From Chiloscyllium plagiosum (taxonomy: Eukaryota): a stretch of DNA of 64,000 nt. Positions 38,220-52,781 of the stretch are shown here, in pieces. The position numbers and the translations under genes were made by a program. The notes under the pieces are model-generated. The model ran no database searches, was not told the origin of the DNA, and saw only the letters and a program-made list of their open reading frames with translations. Every line of letters begins with the position of its first letter. The first letter of the stretch is position 1. Location of the stretch: the NCBI RefSeq assembly GCF_004010195.1, contig NC_057719.1:25931641-25995640 (forward strand). Direction: 5' to 3'.

Positions 38220-39499
38220 TTCTTGTCATGGGGGAAGATGGCATACGTGCAAGGGCTACTGGTAAATTCCAGGATATCTGTTTATTAGCAAGTTGTTCTA
38301 GGAATGGCACACAGTAAAATGGGGTTGAAATTGGGCATGGTAGGTAGTTAATGAGACATGGAGGGATATGTGAGTGCTGGGGACATGGTGGTGTACCAAT
38401 CATCCTTACCCACATTGTGTCTGACAAGAACCAGGAGGTACTTATTTTACCACAGAAATCCCAATCATAAACTATAGTTCCAAATTTCTATTCTTAATAA
38501 GATAATCAATGTGAAAAATCAAATTACTAACAGAAGTTGGATTGGAATAAAGGCAACCCAGACAATGTGGGTTCAAACGTACAATCTTGTCTTCAAAGTC
38601 AACCTAATTTAACAAGAAAAATGTTCAAATTGCAAAACCCTTGATGAAGGAAGCATTGGGTCAAGATTTACAATAGCTCCTTGAATATAGTAAATTGGAA
38701 GAATAGGGAATGAGAACAGTTCATGCAGGAGGTCGGTGCTTGAAGACGCAATTGAAAGACGTGCTTAAATGAGCAAAATCCTGTCACTCAGATTGAAGCA
38801 GCTCTTCAAGAGTCAGGATACAAATGTTAAAACTCGTTTTTGAAAGGAAATAAAGTATCTCAGTTCAGAAGACGATTAATCCACAATTTTCCTTTTTGGT
38901 ACCATAATTGTAAATCTTCTCTGTACTTGTGACAAAGTGTGCTTCTGTGCTTCAGACTTCTGACACTGGTGTTGTGATCCCTTTGTGGGGTAATAAAGTT
39001 CTAATATAAATTCAATGTTGCCTTCCTACTTTTGAATTTGTGCCTCACTTTGTCTGCATTCCTCGGGTCCCCAACCTGCCCATCCTTCTGCTTGTTATGT
39101 AAACCTGAATCCAGGTTCTGTAGCTTCTATTCGGGTAGTTTTAGTTTTGACAATGCTGAAAAGTTAGCAAGAATTGGTCAATGCAGAATCATTCCACTTT
39201 TTCCCACAGCGGTGTCAATTCAAGACCATTGTCAAGGGTAAACTACCACATACATCTGTCAGAAAGGGCACTGGGTGAAGGATTCCATTGTGGAGTACCA
39301 TAGAGGTCCATATCCTTTTTTGTGAGTGTCCACCACCAGCTGTCTCCTCTACAGCCTGCACTGCCATCATGTGATGAGAAGTGCTCCCAGAGGCAGAGAA
39401 AGTATAGGTGACGTCCCTGGCATACACAAGAAACCTTTACTCACTAAAGATCACACAGACCAACTCGAGTATCAAATTTGGGCAACATAGGCTATGATC

Positions 39500-39600
39500 A
39501 GAGACAAAAATAGAAATTGCTGAAAAATCACAGCAGGTACGGCAGCATCTGTGGACAGAAATCAAAGGTAACATTTCAGGTTGAGTAACCGTTTCTCAAA
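39500..39600 (-). mobile_element. Short degraded Penelope pLTR remnant
   Basis: aaaaatagaaattgctgaaaaatcacagcagg..cagcatctgtggacagaaatc, same subfamily as 61483 and 52782. Confidence 0.65.
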
Positions 39601-39994
39601 ATTAGGGCATGATCATACTGAATGACAGAGCAGGTTCAAAGGGCTGAATGACCTACTCCTGTTTCTATCTTCTATATTTCTAGGAGTTTGTGTCCATTGA
39701 TTATTTTGTTAAAAAAAAAGTGTCCTGCTGCAATTTGGGCCCTACACCTAACATTTTTTTAACTGAATTAGAAACCTTAATGGCTTTTAAGAAGTTAGAT
39801 AGGTTCATGTCAAAATTCAGGGGATCATGTAAAAGATGAGTTTATTAAAACTTTTTAAAACTTTATCAAGGGAATACTGTAGATAGCTGAATTGGTTGGA
39901 CCAAATGTTGTCTCCTTCATGAAGCTTTTAGAACATCCGAAACTGTAATTCATATCAAGGCAGTCAAAGAGTAGGCAAACAGTTAAAATCGACT

Positions 39995-40129
39995 CGAGAA
40001 TGTGGTGCTGGAAAAGCACAGCAGGTCAAGTAGCATCCGAGGAGCAGGAGCTGCTGCCTGACCTGCTGTGCTTTTCCAGCACCACACTCTCGACTCTGAT
40101 CTCCAGCATTGGCAGTCCTCACTTTCTGC
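39995..40129. mobile_element. 135-bp fold-back Penelope-derived element lacking the HHR
   Basis: Perfect 15-bp TSD cagttaaaatcgact (39980-39994, 40130-40144). Arms gtggtgctggaaaagcacagcaggtca / tgacctgctgtgcttttccagcaccac. Confidence 0.9.
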
Positions 40130-40729
40130 CAGTTAAAATCGACTGGAGGTTTGTACATCAAAATATCTTGCAAATCTTGTCAATGCTTTTAACATTCCTG
40201 CAGAGCAAGGAAGAGCAGGAATGCTCCTCCCAGTGCCACAAGAAAAGCTTAGTTTCTCCCTCCTTCTCAATCACTCAGCACTTCTGAAACCCACAGATCT
40301 GCAGCACAACCTTAATACCAGGCACAATTCCTTCAGTTCTGTAAGCTTCAGGAAGACAACAGCTCCAGCAGCATGAGAGTAAGGGCTGGTTATCAAATTC
40401 TCCACAGGCTGGCATTGCCAACGCCAGCAGGCTTTCCCTCTCCATGACAAAATCCCATTTGCCCACAACCCACACATTGATGTGACTCCTTCTCAAATGA
40501 CTTGGGCAATTGATTTAGAATCTTACTAATAGTCCAACCATTGCCATCTGGGCTGTTCAGTTTATGACCAGGTTAGCTGCTAAGCCAACACAACATAGAT
40601 ATTAAACAACATCATCACTGCAGGTTGCCCACTTTCCACAGCCTCACAGATTTTTGTTAGCTCCAAGATATCATAGATTGGTTCAAGCAAGGAAGGAGAT
40701 AACTCAGTCCATTGTGTCCTTATGGACCA

Positions 40730-41580
40730 CTCTGTAAGAGGACTAAGTGTCCCATTTCCCTGCAGCCTTTCAAATTTATTCTCTTCAGATACTAATTCAA
40801 TTGCTTTCGAAAGCCGCAATGGAATCTGTCTCCAGTACACTCTGAGGCAGTGTCTTCGAAATCCTAACAAGTTGCTGTTTGAAAAAACTTTTCATCATGT
40901 CACATTTGATTCTTTCAAATTCAACTTAAATTGTGTCAACTGGTTCACTCTTCTGCTACTGGACGCAATTTCTATCTATGTTGTCCAGAACCTCTCATGA
41001 CTTTGAGTATCTGCATCAAACATTTCTAAGGAAAACATCCCCACTTCATAGATTTGAAGTTCCTCATCCCTTGAACCATTCTCATAAATGCATCCTGTAT
41101 CCTGTCCAATGTCTTCACACATAACCCAAAGGTATAATAGCCAGAACAGGATCCAATATCCCAGCTTAGGCACTTCGTTGCTTTTGTAATCTATTTATTA
41201 ATCCTACAATTCCCTCTACTACTTTCTAAACCTGCCCTGCCACCTTCAATGATTTGCGCACATATATCACCTGGCAATTTCTGAAGAATTAAATCATTTA
41301 TTTCACATTGTCTTTTCTCATCCTTCCCATTTCTTCTCATTTCTCGATATTAAATTCCCTTTGCCATCAGCACACACATCCCTTCCAGTTGTCCATATCC
41401 TCTTGAGGCCTATCACTATGTTCTCTACTCCACAGTTTTTTGTCACTTGTAAATTTTGAACTTGTGCCCCTAACACACAAGCCTCAGTCACTAATATCGA
41501 TCAAGGAAAGCTGTGTTCAAATTCTGAAGAACTGTACTGCATACCTTCCTCCAATCTGAAAAAATTAACTTTTCTCTACT
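40730..41580 (-). mobile_element. Old degraded CR1 fragment
   Basis: Residual CR1 motifs (ctgccctgccaccttcaatgatttg; ttttgtcacttgtaaatttt; ccttcctccaatctgaaaaa). Confidence 0.6.
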
Positions 41581-42589
41581 GCTTTAACTCATCTTATTAA
41601 CTAGCTATCACGCCTCTAAGGCACCCTTCACATCTGATGCTAGCCCAATTCTCCCCTTCATTGCAGGCAGAATTCTTGCCACAGCCAGGGTATCCCTGGT
41701 ACCAGCGCCAACATTAACCCCAAGTTGTGCACCCAGTCAGGGATTGTCAGTCCATAGTTATCAAACCACAATTGCCTTACATGATCAATGTAGTGGTACA
41801 GGTTCCACTAACCAAAGCTGGTGAGGGCACATTAATGGCCTGCCTGACACATTCTTACACATAAAACTGTTCATTCCCATCTCACTCACTGTTTAAGCAC
41901 CAGGCCACACAATGTCCCTCTCCATAGCCACATCCCATTATTACAACCATCTCTAAGTTACTGTTACTGTTTCCCCGATGGTCCATGTAACCCCCAGCAT
42001 CTTCTTGATGTTCAATCTGGGACTGTCCCATGTAAGAAATCCTTCAATCACTTCAAAACATTCACTCTGATTTACCAACAGTGAGCACAAAACAAACTAG
42101 CAGAAGCTCCATTGCCTCTCGGAACAGAAATGGGCTGCTTGTGTGTTTGATTATTATATTCACTCGTGGAACATGGGCATCACTGGCTGGTCAGCATATA
42201 TTGCCCGTTCCTAATCACCCTTGAGAATCATTGCCTTTTAAACTGCTGTCATCCACATGTCAAGCATCAATAAATTTACAACCAGTCATTGCACTCAGCT
42301 CTCATCTAGTAGAACCAGCTGTCAGCTAAGTCCTGTTTGCCTTATAGAACCCATGCAGCTGCACACTATCATGGACAAGGTGATATTCCACATGCTGGGG
42401 CTCCTTGACACAACGTGGAGTCTCTGCCTCACAGCCAGGGTATTCTGGTTCAAGTTTGGTCTGCTCCAGATGTGTGTCATAACATGTCTAACAGGTTGAT
42501 TAGCAAATATACATCACCCTTGTTCAATGTCCTCATCTTCCGCATTGAAAGACTGCTACCACTCGCCCAGCTTATTGCCTTCATCACAT

Positions 42590-43420
42590 CCCCTCATTGC
42601 CTGTTGCAGTTTGGTATTGCACATGATACAAGGATCATTATGGTACACTCTGTCCAGACTGTATGACAAGTCAGCCCCTACAGTCCCAGTTAAGCTGCTG
42701 AACCTCATCTTCATCAGGTGTATCATCTGCTCCTCCATGGCTTAGGTTGAAGAATGGGCTGCATTGCATCTAGTTTTGACCTCAGTAAGTGGTTTGCATA
42801 ACCGAGTCATCAGCCATGGTCGCCAAGGGCAGCCTTTGACTCTGAGTAACCGTCTTTGAAAGATATCCGGCCCCTCAAACACAACAGGAACATGAGAAGT
42901 CTCAAGGACGAAGGCATCCCAGGGTATTGGACACAACCTCAAAGATGTAGCACTGGTGACCACAGATCACTTGCACACAAACGGAATTGAACCCTTTTCC
43001 ATTGGTGAACTTAGCCATGTTATGATATGGCCCTCTCAGCACAGCAAATGCTTTTTATGAAGTCTCCATAGTCTTAACAGACTATAGAGCTGTGTTTTTT
43101 TCTCTCTCTCTCTCTCTCCCCCTCTTTCTCTCTCCCCCCTGCCCCCTATGGTGCTGCATTGACTTCAACATGGGGAAAGGGGACAGAAGAGATGTAATTT
43201 CTTCTGCATAATAGCAGCAGTAACAGCCTTGAGATATTTCTGGGTGGGCATCCAACACAGGTTCTTAGAATGAAGCAGTTATATAAAATTCAATTTTGAG
43301 GTCCACTTGGTTAGGAGTGATCCCACTCCAGCAATTGGCATCATTCAGTGACAGCGTCCTGGGACATCATCAGTCTGCACTGACACTACATCGCCCACAT
43401 CTGGAGGAAGTGATATTGAG
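42590..43420 (-). pseudogene. Degraded Harbinger/PIF (HARBI1-like) DDE transposase
   Basis: Ordered minus-strand blocks: HFLQMWAM*CQCRLMMSQDAVTE; KGFNSVCVQVICGH; WDAFVLETSHVPVVFEG..KGCPWRPWLMT..RCNAAHSST; EQMIHLMKMRF..LSYSLDRV. These follow the DDE_Tnp_4 layout. Confidence 0.8.
43098..43146. repeat. (CT)n/C-rich microsatellite
   Basis: tctctctctctctctctccccctctttctctctccccc. Confidence 0.85.
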
Positions 43421-43949
43421 TATGAATTACACTGGACCTTCAGCTGCATCCTCTTCATGTGGAGGCTGTTCAGCTTCTGCTAGAGTTGCTGGTGGCTTTG
43501 GGCTTACTGGAGCAAGTGTTCATCCTCCATTTCTCTGTTCTTCTACTGCAGTGCAGCAACAGTGGCCATCAGTTACACTTGCAATGAATCTGTGTGGGGA
43601 GCAGAAGAAACAGAGCAGCAAGCATTCCCATCACTCAAAAAATGGCGATTTGACGTGTCCTCCTTACAATGAATCATGTGGTACTCAGACAGAGAGGGCT
43701 ATTTCCTGGGTCTTTGCTGTTGGATCATATACTGATGAATGCAACTCTAGTCATTTCACAAACAGGCAGTAACAGGTTGTAAAGGCTTCATTAGTACTGA
43801 TCCCTACCAGTCCGAGTCCCACATCATCTACAAAAGGCATCCTAATCATCTTTCAACCAGTTATGGACATAACGCACAACTATAATAACAGCAAGTTGCA
43901 TTATACCTACATACTCCCATGCCCCCATGTAGCCAATGAACTCTAGCAT

Positions 43950-44308
43950 TTTTTAAATTCACTCATAGGGTGAGAGTATTGCTGGCCAGTCCAGCATTTA
44001 TTGCCCATCCCTAATTAGCCAGACAGCAGATAAGAGTCAACCACATTGCTCAGGGTCTGGAGTCACATGTAGGCCACACCAAGTAAAGAAAGCGCTTTCC
44101 TTCCCTAAAGGGCATTAATGAACTACATGGGATTTTCCTGATAATTAATAATGGATTCATGGTCATCATCAAACTCTTAATTCCAAATTTTTATTGAATT
44201 CAATCCCACCATTTGTTATGGCAGCATTTGAATACAGGTCCCTAGAACATTACATGGGTCTCTAGATTAACAGTCCAGTGGTAATACCACTAAGCCATCA
44301 CCTGCCCA
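43950..44308 (-). mobile_element. SacSINE1/DeuSINE-like SINE, full length
   Basis: Reverse complement of 54461-54805. Confidence 0.85.
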
Positions 44309-46039
44309 TTATCTTTGTGAGTTGTGGTCCACAGATGCTATTTTTAAAGTTGCCTGCGAGTAGTTCAACTTCATTGGTTTGTCTGCTTTCTATCTGTAAA
44401 GACCAACGTCATGGTCAAGATTGCTTGTGACAAGCATTTGTATGCTGTATGCATTTCACATGCACACTGATATGATTGACATGATTTCTCTCTAAGTGCA
44501 TGATTGATGCACTTGCACCTTGGTCAGCTCCTGTTGCTCTGAACTGAAACCTGCATTTTGGGACAGATGAAGAAAACAGACTCTGCCCACTCTGGATGAA
44601 GTGACAATCATTTTTCATTCTTTCATTTTAAGTATTAAGAGATGTGGAAGGCAGCCCAGTTCGCACTGGGCACCATGAGTCATAGGCTTAGGCTGATCTA
44701 AAGTGCAACAAGGTAGTATAGAAATGGATCAGAGATGCGCCAGCATGATGTGAAGAGGCTGGTATGTTTTGGATGCCACTATCCTTGGACATGGATAGTG
44801 ACCTTGCGTATGGTCACTGGCCATGTAATGTGCCTTGAGATGTTTGTGCCAGATATCCAAAATGGAGGATCAGAAGAGAAAGCAGCGAGATGGAGTTGCC
44901 AGGTAACCACTCTGACTTTCACATCGAGAATTCTCAATGTCTCATTTCCGTCCAACAGCAGAAGAATAGTAAAATGCATATTCATGTGGATAGATTAAGT
45001 AATAATGAAAGATAATCCATGTTAATAGACTTGTTGTTTCTCACTGGTGAGAATCTCATCTTGACATCCAGGACTTGGTTGGAAAATGTACTTGATCTTT
45101 ATATCAAGAAAAGCCTCACTTGACATCTCACTCAATTTTCCCAAATTTCTCACTACAGCCCACATTATTCAGGCACTGAGAAGATTGAACTACATGCTAC
45201 CATCGTCCCAGTATTTCATAGGCTTTGGCTTTACTGACAAATCTCTGGTGTGATTACTTTACTAAATATCTTTTGGAAATCCATTTACACAACATCAAAC
45301 ATATTACTCTCACCAAGCCTCTATGGTACCTCATTAAAAAAGCTCATTCAAATTACTTTAATGTGAATTGCCTTTAAGAAATCCATGCTAGCTCTCTTTA
45401 ATTAATCTACATATTTCCAATTGATGGTTAATTTTGCCCCAACAATATTATTAATCATTCTATTAAATTCAATTTTAATTTTATCAAACTATATGGGGCA
45501 ATTAAATAGAAATATTTTCTAGATTTGTACAATATTAGGAGTGAAATCTTGTCAATACAGTTGCTGAAGACAGAATTGAATTTAAAAAATTGGCTTTCCA
45601 GAATGTTATGGTAATTCTGTTTATATTAGTTGGAGATGCTTTAAGGTTGGTTGAAATTTATTCATTCAATCTAAAAACAATTACCTGCAAGTTGAACCAA
45701 GCCATATATCACAGCCATGAAAACCAAACTTTAAGTCTTTTGGGAGTTGGTACGCAGTTAGGAACTGGCGAAGATAAATAACATTTTTGGGAATTTAAAA
45801 TTAAAAATGAAATGTATCCAACCAATCTTTAAAATCCAATTATAATTGAAATAGCCAGAGACTAATAATAAACTTAGCATAATTCCCCTATTAAGTTACT
45901 AAAAGTAGTTATCTCATTAAAGATGGCTTTAAAATGTGACAGAGAGATCATATTTCATTGCACCATAACTAGGTCATTCTAAATCTTAGCTCCTCAAAAT
46001 AGCCAGAATTTCAATGTCATTATTAAAACTCATTAATAA

Positions 46040-46745
46040 ATAAGTGGAATGATATTTTCCTGCTGCAGGAGTGTATACCAGGAACAGCACCAGGCAAACC
46101 AAAAGCTGCTGATCTGGTGAAGCTACAACAAAGGGCTACTGGTATTCTAAACTGAAAGAGCATCAAATGGCAGACAGAGCTAAGCAACCCTACAATCATC
46201 AGGTCAGATTTAAGCACTGCATTTTGCCACAACTAGTTGTGGATTGTGGTGGGCAATTAAACAACTCACTGGAGGAGAAGGCTCCACTAATATCCCCATC
46301 TTTAATAATGGGGGAGCAGAGCACATCAGTGTCAAGTTAAGATTGAAGCATTTGCAACAATCTTCAACCAAAAGTGTTGAATGGATGTTTCATCCTTGCC
46401 TCCTCCAGCATTACAGATGCCAGTCTTTAGCCAATTTGATGTAATCCATGTGACATCAAGAAATACCTAAAAGCACTGGACTTGCTCAGGCTGTATTCTG
46501 GTAATATCACTGAAGACATGTGGTTTAGAACATGCCACACTGCTAGCCAAGATGTTATAGCAGAACTATAATATTGGCACCAATCCTGGAAAGCTGAACA
46601 GGTTTTCCCCACCCTCAAAAAGCAAGACAAATTTAAAGGGACCAATACTATCACAACAGTCTACTCTCAATCATCAACAAAGTTATGGAAGGCACCATTG
46701 AGAATGCTATTAAGCAACATTTACTCACCAATAACCTGCTCAATA
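46040..46745 (+). mobile_element. Old L2/CR1-group LINE ORF2 fragment
   Basis: WWAIKQLTGGEGSTNIPI; cagtctactctcaatcatcaacaaagttatggaagg (SLLSIINKVMEG). Confidence 0.7.
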
Positions 46746-49700
46746 GTCAATATCAATGGAAGATTATTGAAGGGGGTGTAAGGCAAGGCTATTGGGAGAC
46801 TAGGAACGAATCCATATCTGTTTCAAAACTCTGACATAAGTTCAATGGGCTAAACAGCATTCGTCTGTGCTATTCTTTGTTTTTTCAAATCAAACACCAC
46901 ACTTTGTTTTCATTAGAAAGTCAATGTGGTGTCATCGACGAGAAAATCAGCTGGAAGATCCATGATACATTCCACAGTTTAAACAAAATGACAAAGATAA
47001 TGTCTGGTTGTACCCAAATATGCTGCAGTGCAGAAAATATGTGCATACAAATGAAAAAAGGAAATATTACAATACAGACATGCCCAAAACATTGGAGCAA
47101 AAGACATAAAATGCTGCTTTGGCTGGAAGTGAAGAGAATAGGATTAATGAAAATTATGCTGTAGGTAACTATGTGATGGGAATGCAATATACTGAATTTC
47201 AATGCCCCAAATCATCATCTCAACCAATACTTTCTTGAAAGTTCAGATCAAAAACTGACAGATTCGAGAATATGAAAGTGATGGACCATATAAATTAAGT
47301 AACAAAGTTGCACAGCACAGAAACAGCCCATGCAAATCAACTACTCTCTCACACAATCAGCATAACTGTCTATTCCCCTCTCCACCTTGTAATCTCCGAC
47401 AGCTTTCTCTTCATACATCATGAAATTTCACATAGCGGCTAACATGTCAGTGAATAATATTCTGCTTAAGTTGGATGAAGTCAGCTCTCACCTATACATT
47501 GAAATTTCCCACATTATTGACGTATTGGAGTGGTGGCTTCCAAAGAGCAGGTAGCCATTGAACCAAGTGACAATCTCAGTGTCATGAACCATAGGCATTG
47601 TCAGAAAATCTCTCTTTATTGCTGCCTTGAAGACCTCCCAGAGTTGCCATGATGGCAGGTTTTAATCTGCTTATGAGAATAGTTGCGCTACGCTTCAGTC
47701 AAGCCAAAACTCCTCAGCTACAACCTTCTCGTCAGCAACATTGCTCCTTCAAATTTAGCAGCACACAAACTGATAATCCTTTGCAGTTTAGAGGGATCAG
47801 TGATAACTAGGCAACCCTACTGGATATATTCACTGCATAGCACACTGCCTGAACCCAGCACCAATTTTCACTCTGTATATCATCCCAACTTTCTTCTCAT
47901 AAGCCACTGTACTCCTGCTTCCTGACAACTAAACTCTTCAGCATTATTCATTTCACTTCTGTCACTGGATGAATTTTGAAATCTTCCTGCTCATTAAACT
48001 TTTTAAATGGCAGGCCTGGCCACATATAAAACATTCACTTGTCAAGTTGACCATGCAGCTGTTAAATACTGCTGTGGAGAGGAACACTAGACTTTTTACT
48101 AGTTGTAGAATCATTAGTACAGAAGAAGGCGATTCGATCAGTCATGCTGATGACTGCTCTTGGAAAGAATTACTGATTAGCCCTTCCCCAGCCCCTTTCT
48201 TTCCCTTCATCATTGCAATTCTTTCGGCTTCACATACTTACCCAACTCTCATTTGAAAGAGTTTCAGCTTCTGCCACTTTTTCTGGTAGTGCATTCCAGA
48301 CCTTAATAACTCATATCTGTTCATTTATTTTAGCACTCTTAATCTGAGCTACTTTGACAATAAGTAATAAGTAAACAATAAGTAAACAGAGGAATATATC
48401 ACTCTAGATGCTCTGAAAAATCATGTGATTTAGATATTTGATTTTTGGAATTGTTCAATTGCTCAGCTTTAAATGTTAACTTTATTTGTCTGATGCATTT
48501 TATGTTCCTAAAAACAAACATCATGCTTTAACCAAATTACATGAATCTGTTTCAGCAAGCTCCATTGTTCATGTATTAATTGTTCTGATCAATTTTAATT
48601 GTTGTGGATGTGCTTATGGATTATGCCGGATAAAGTCAACCAGGCCACACCAGTTTCCAGGCATGATATTGCCTCCTAAATCATTAATACAGCTGATAGG
48701 AAGCCCCACACCATTTTGAGGTCCATATAAAATTGGTGTGCAAGGGGTAAATTATTTTGCGAAATCAAAGATGCACTGAACTCTTGGCTGAAGATCCATA
48801 TGCAGCATTGAGTTACCTTGAATTCAGCTAGCGCAGATCAGGAAATCCAGATCTACCTGTATCCTTGCAAGTGGTACTTAAAGAGATCACTGCATGCCTC
48901 ACCCAACAACCATTTAAAATATACTGCTTAAAAGAGGAGATTGGAAGTGCAGGGTTGATCTTCCTAAACATCATTAAAACTATATCACGCACAGCTGGCA
49001 GACTGAGAGTTTCAGTATTATACAATCATGTAAGGTTGGATGGTAATAAAAAGGTTTAAAAAAACAACCTGGAAGAAAAGATTAAAAATAAATTTTGAGC
49101 AACATTTAAAATGACACTACTTTGGACCACCTGGAAAACATGAGAACCCCATCTGGTGTGGTTCCATGAGCCAAGAGCTACAATTAAAATCAAATGACAA
49201 ATATCTTCTGATGTCCAATCAGTGAAATTATGTCGGCTACTTTTAATCAGTCTTTTCAATTTGTTTGAAGTGCTATCTGATGGAATATTTTTAATTCCTT
49301 CCAGTCACTTTAAGTTAAACACCAATATTGAGTCTACGTCCTTATAACTGTATAAGCCTGTCTCTTTAGGCTGTTTTACAAAGTTAGCTAACAGAGCAAG
49401 ACTGGCTTGTGGTCACTTTCTCTCGGCCTCTGTCAGATCTACTTTGTACAAAGAAAATGTGTTTAGTCAGGAGTCGACAGCCTCAATAATGAGAATAGCT
49501 ATTTGTCAAATTTAGTTAAAAATGCAATACCTGAAGAGATAAAATGTTGTTATTCAAATGTCAATAATGAGGAAGAAGACAACACATTCACGTTTCAATA
49601 ACATTTTAAAGGTCTATCCATATAAATTGATAATCAAATAATACTTTCTCACAATTGTATTAATAAACATTATCATTGAAATGGATATGATCAGCCAAGG

Positions 49701-51004
49701 TTAGAAGCTGAACAGGAGTCATTAATGAACCACATGTCGCTCATGGACTACAGGTTACCAACCCTTATGTTGGGTCTTATAGCCATTCCCATGGCTTCAG
49801 ATAATCTGGGATCTTCTCCGTTCAGCCAATACTTTCACTTTGGACTTTCAATTACATCAGTCGAGTAATATGAACTCAATTATCCAATAGTGACCTATAA
49901 ATTACTATGAAAGTGAGCACATTTTCTCTTCAATTATATGGTTGTGCTGTGCCAAGAGTTACATGGGATGGCCGCCAACTGACATACTGCCAGTGATTGC
50001 ATCTAAGCACTGCTCAATTTTCAATGCAATTGAAGTATAGCATTTGATGCTTTTGCATTTCACGGTGGTACTTGTGTTTCTCTGATTGCATTCTGAGCTT
50101 TCCTTTCTGTTGTCCCAAAGATGAACTCGCTCTGTCTCCCTTCCAATTATAAATACAGCACACAGTATTCTTTGAGCTTCGAGGGTACTTTTCAATCCGA
50201 TAAGTTGTGCAAGACTATGTGACTCAGTGCCCAGTCAACATTCCTCAAGAGTTCCACTTCTGAATCTGTTTGCTGGTTTCTTGGTGTTTCAAAGATCATA
50301 AGGTTCCTGACTTATTGAACATTTCAATTAGAGTTTTAATTTCAAAATCCAACAACCACATCCATACATCACCTAGAACACTTATTGGAAAATTATTTTC
50401 TATTATATATTCTTTCAATTTATTGGAAGTCATTACACATCCTTCCTCAAACCTTTAGTGTCTTTCATTTCATTATAAGCACTTTATAATTATAATGATG
50501 AACTTCACGTAATAGTCTAAATTGATGCTTATATGATTGTCGGGTGAGGCTAAAAGAAGATCAGATTATTAATTTCATAGCATTATGATGTGTTCTATTT
50601 CTAATAATTCAAATGCTTTCAAGAAATTGTCAGTATTCCTTAAAGTTCCATGGCATTTCAACATCTTTAAAGTTTGAACAAGGCTCTAATCAACAGAATT
50701 AACATTTGCCATGATCAACTATGCCTCCCCCCCACTGCTACATGTTACAGGCATTTGTATCCATGTTCAACCAAATTGTCATACCTTCTCCATTTCATTC
50801 CTGTTTCAATGCCTCCGCTTTGCATCAGTTTTTCATCTACTAGTTGGATTTTATAAATTGAACTCCTTGATGCAAATCACAAGAACCGGGATACGTCAGG
50901 TAGTAACAATGGATCCATTTTCTCTCGACTCATACATGCCACTTACAGGATTTCCCATTGGCAGTGACATGCTATTGCCAATATATAGCCATATGTAGAC
51001 ATAT

Positions 51005-51300
51005 AGATAACCTGCTTGATGGCACCACATAGTCAAATATTCACTCCCTCCATAAGCGCCATGCAGTAGCAATATTGTGTACTAAATATAAGATTCACAA
51101 AATTCACCAAGGCACCTTAGAGAGTAACTTAAAGCCTACAGATACCACATAGAAAGACAAAGATGGGAACACTACCACCTGGTTCCCTCCAAGCCACTCA
51201 CCATCCTGACTTGGAAATATATCTCCATCCCCTCAGTGTAGCCAGAGGAGGCAATGGCTTAGTGATAATATTGCGGGACTGTTAATCTCGAGACCCAGAT
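51005..51300 (+). mobile_element. LINE 3' fragment followed by the head of a SacSINE-like SINE, cut by the gap
   Basis: Similar to 30130-30400 (ccatcctgacttggaaatat); then gaggaggcaatggcttagtg..gggactgttaatc..gagacccag. Confidence 0.65.
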
Positions 51301-51800
51301 NNNNNNNNNNNNNNNNNNNNNNNNNNNNNNNNNNNNNNNNNNNNNNNNNNNNNNNNNNNNNNNNNNNNNNNNNNNNNNNNNNNNNNNNNNNNNNNNNNNN
51401 NNNNNNNNNNNNNNNNNNNNNNNNNNNNNNNNNNNNNNNNNNNNNNNNNNNNNNNNNNNNNNNNNNNNNNNNNNNNNNNNNNNNNNNNNNNNNNNNNNNN
51501 NNNNNNNNNNNNNNNNNNNNNNNNNNNNNNNNNNNNNNNNNNNNNNNNNNNNNNNNNNNNNNNNNNNNNNNNNNNNNNNNNNNNNNNNNNNNNNNNNNNN
51601 NNNNNNNNNNNNNNNNNNNNNNNNNNNNNNNNNNNNNNNNNNNNNNNNNNNNNNNNNNNNNNNNNNNNNNNNNNNNNNNNNNNNNNNNNNNNNNNNNNNN
51701 NNNNNNNNNNNNNNNNNNNNNNNNNNNNNNNNNNNNNNNNNNNNNNNNNNNNNNNNNNNNNNNNNNNNNNNNNNNNNNNNNNNNNNNNNNNNNNNNNNNN
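51301..51800. other. Assembly gap (500 N)
   Basis: Run of N. Confidence 1.
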
Positions 51801-52282
51801 AAGCTCCCGTGGCTGCACCATCACCTGAGGGAGCTTCAGCTGGAGCAGCACTAACTACCTTCTACTGGACCCACATGCCAGAAGGGAAAGCCACAGAAAT
51901 GGAGGTGGAAGGTGGCTTGATTCCCAGAAGGTTCAAAGACGATGGACCAACCATTCCACAAGAGCAGGAACCTGGAAATATTGGGCTTGTGTTCAGAGGA
52001 ACAAGAGAACATTTGTGTACAGTGATTGTGAGGCACTGGTGTGAGAAAGCAATAAAGCTGGGAGTGAGTCAAGAGCTCAGATGACTGTGTGACATACCTG
52101 GGAGAGAGAGGAATGAGTAGAGCTGTGAGATGAATAGTGTTTCTCCAGGTTCTACAAGTACAGTTGGGGTCAACTCTGCCTCACTCACCATCTCTGCACC
52201 CCTGCCCCTGAGTTATCCAACATCTGTAAGTGGTCTCTTGGCACTTGTTTCAACCAGGAAAGTAGGCAGATTTGTTAATGTG

Positions 52283-52401
52283 GAGAATGTGAGGTCTACA
52301 GATGCTGGAGATCAGAGTTGAGAGTGCTGGAAAAGCATAGCAGGTCAGGCAGCATCCGAGGAGCAAGAAAGTCAATGTTTCAGGCTTAAGCCCTTCATCA
52401 G
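52283..52401 (-). mobile_element. 119-bp Penelope pLTR insertion starting at the HHR core
   Basis: Minus strand reads ctgatgaagggcttaagcctgaaacatt. 14-bp TSD gatttgttaatgtg (52269-52282) / gatttgtgaatgtg (52402-52415). Confidence 0.88.
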
Positions 52402-52781
52402 GATTTGTGAATGTGACCCATCCATAAAAAGAGACTTGACCTATTCTCACAACTCTCCTTATGATGCCACTTTGGTCTTTATAGCACTGAAAATGACTTT
52501 ACATCAGTGTAATAATCCCATAACAATGCTATTACAGAAATTCTAAAGCTTGGACTGGAACTGGACTGCAGACTTCACAATATCAAATGTGCGATTTGTA
52601 TAACTGCATAGCACTCACTAATACACTATATTGCTATTTTATGAAACTGCCTCCTGAGCATAAAATGGATGTACATATTCAAAATGGTTTACTGAAATCA
52701 GTGGGTGACTAACCATTATTTGAATGAAATAATGAATACAAAATAGCTATGAGGAAATTAGTAGTAAAATGTAACAAAGCT

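Noticed and set aside
49300..49545. Strong minus-strand acceptor (ttttatctcttcag|) near 49530
   Set aside because: All three frames stop within about 35 nt and no convincing donor follows; it cannot be supported as an exon.
51282..51851. 189-aa ORF
   Set aside because: Almost entirely N gap.
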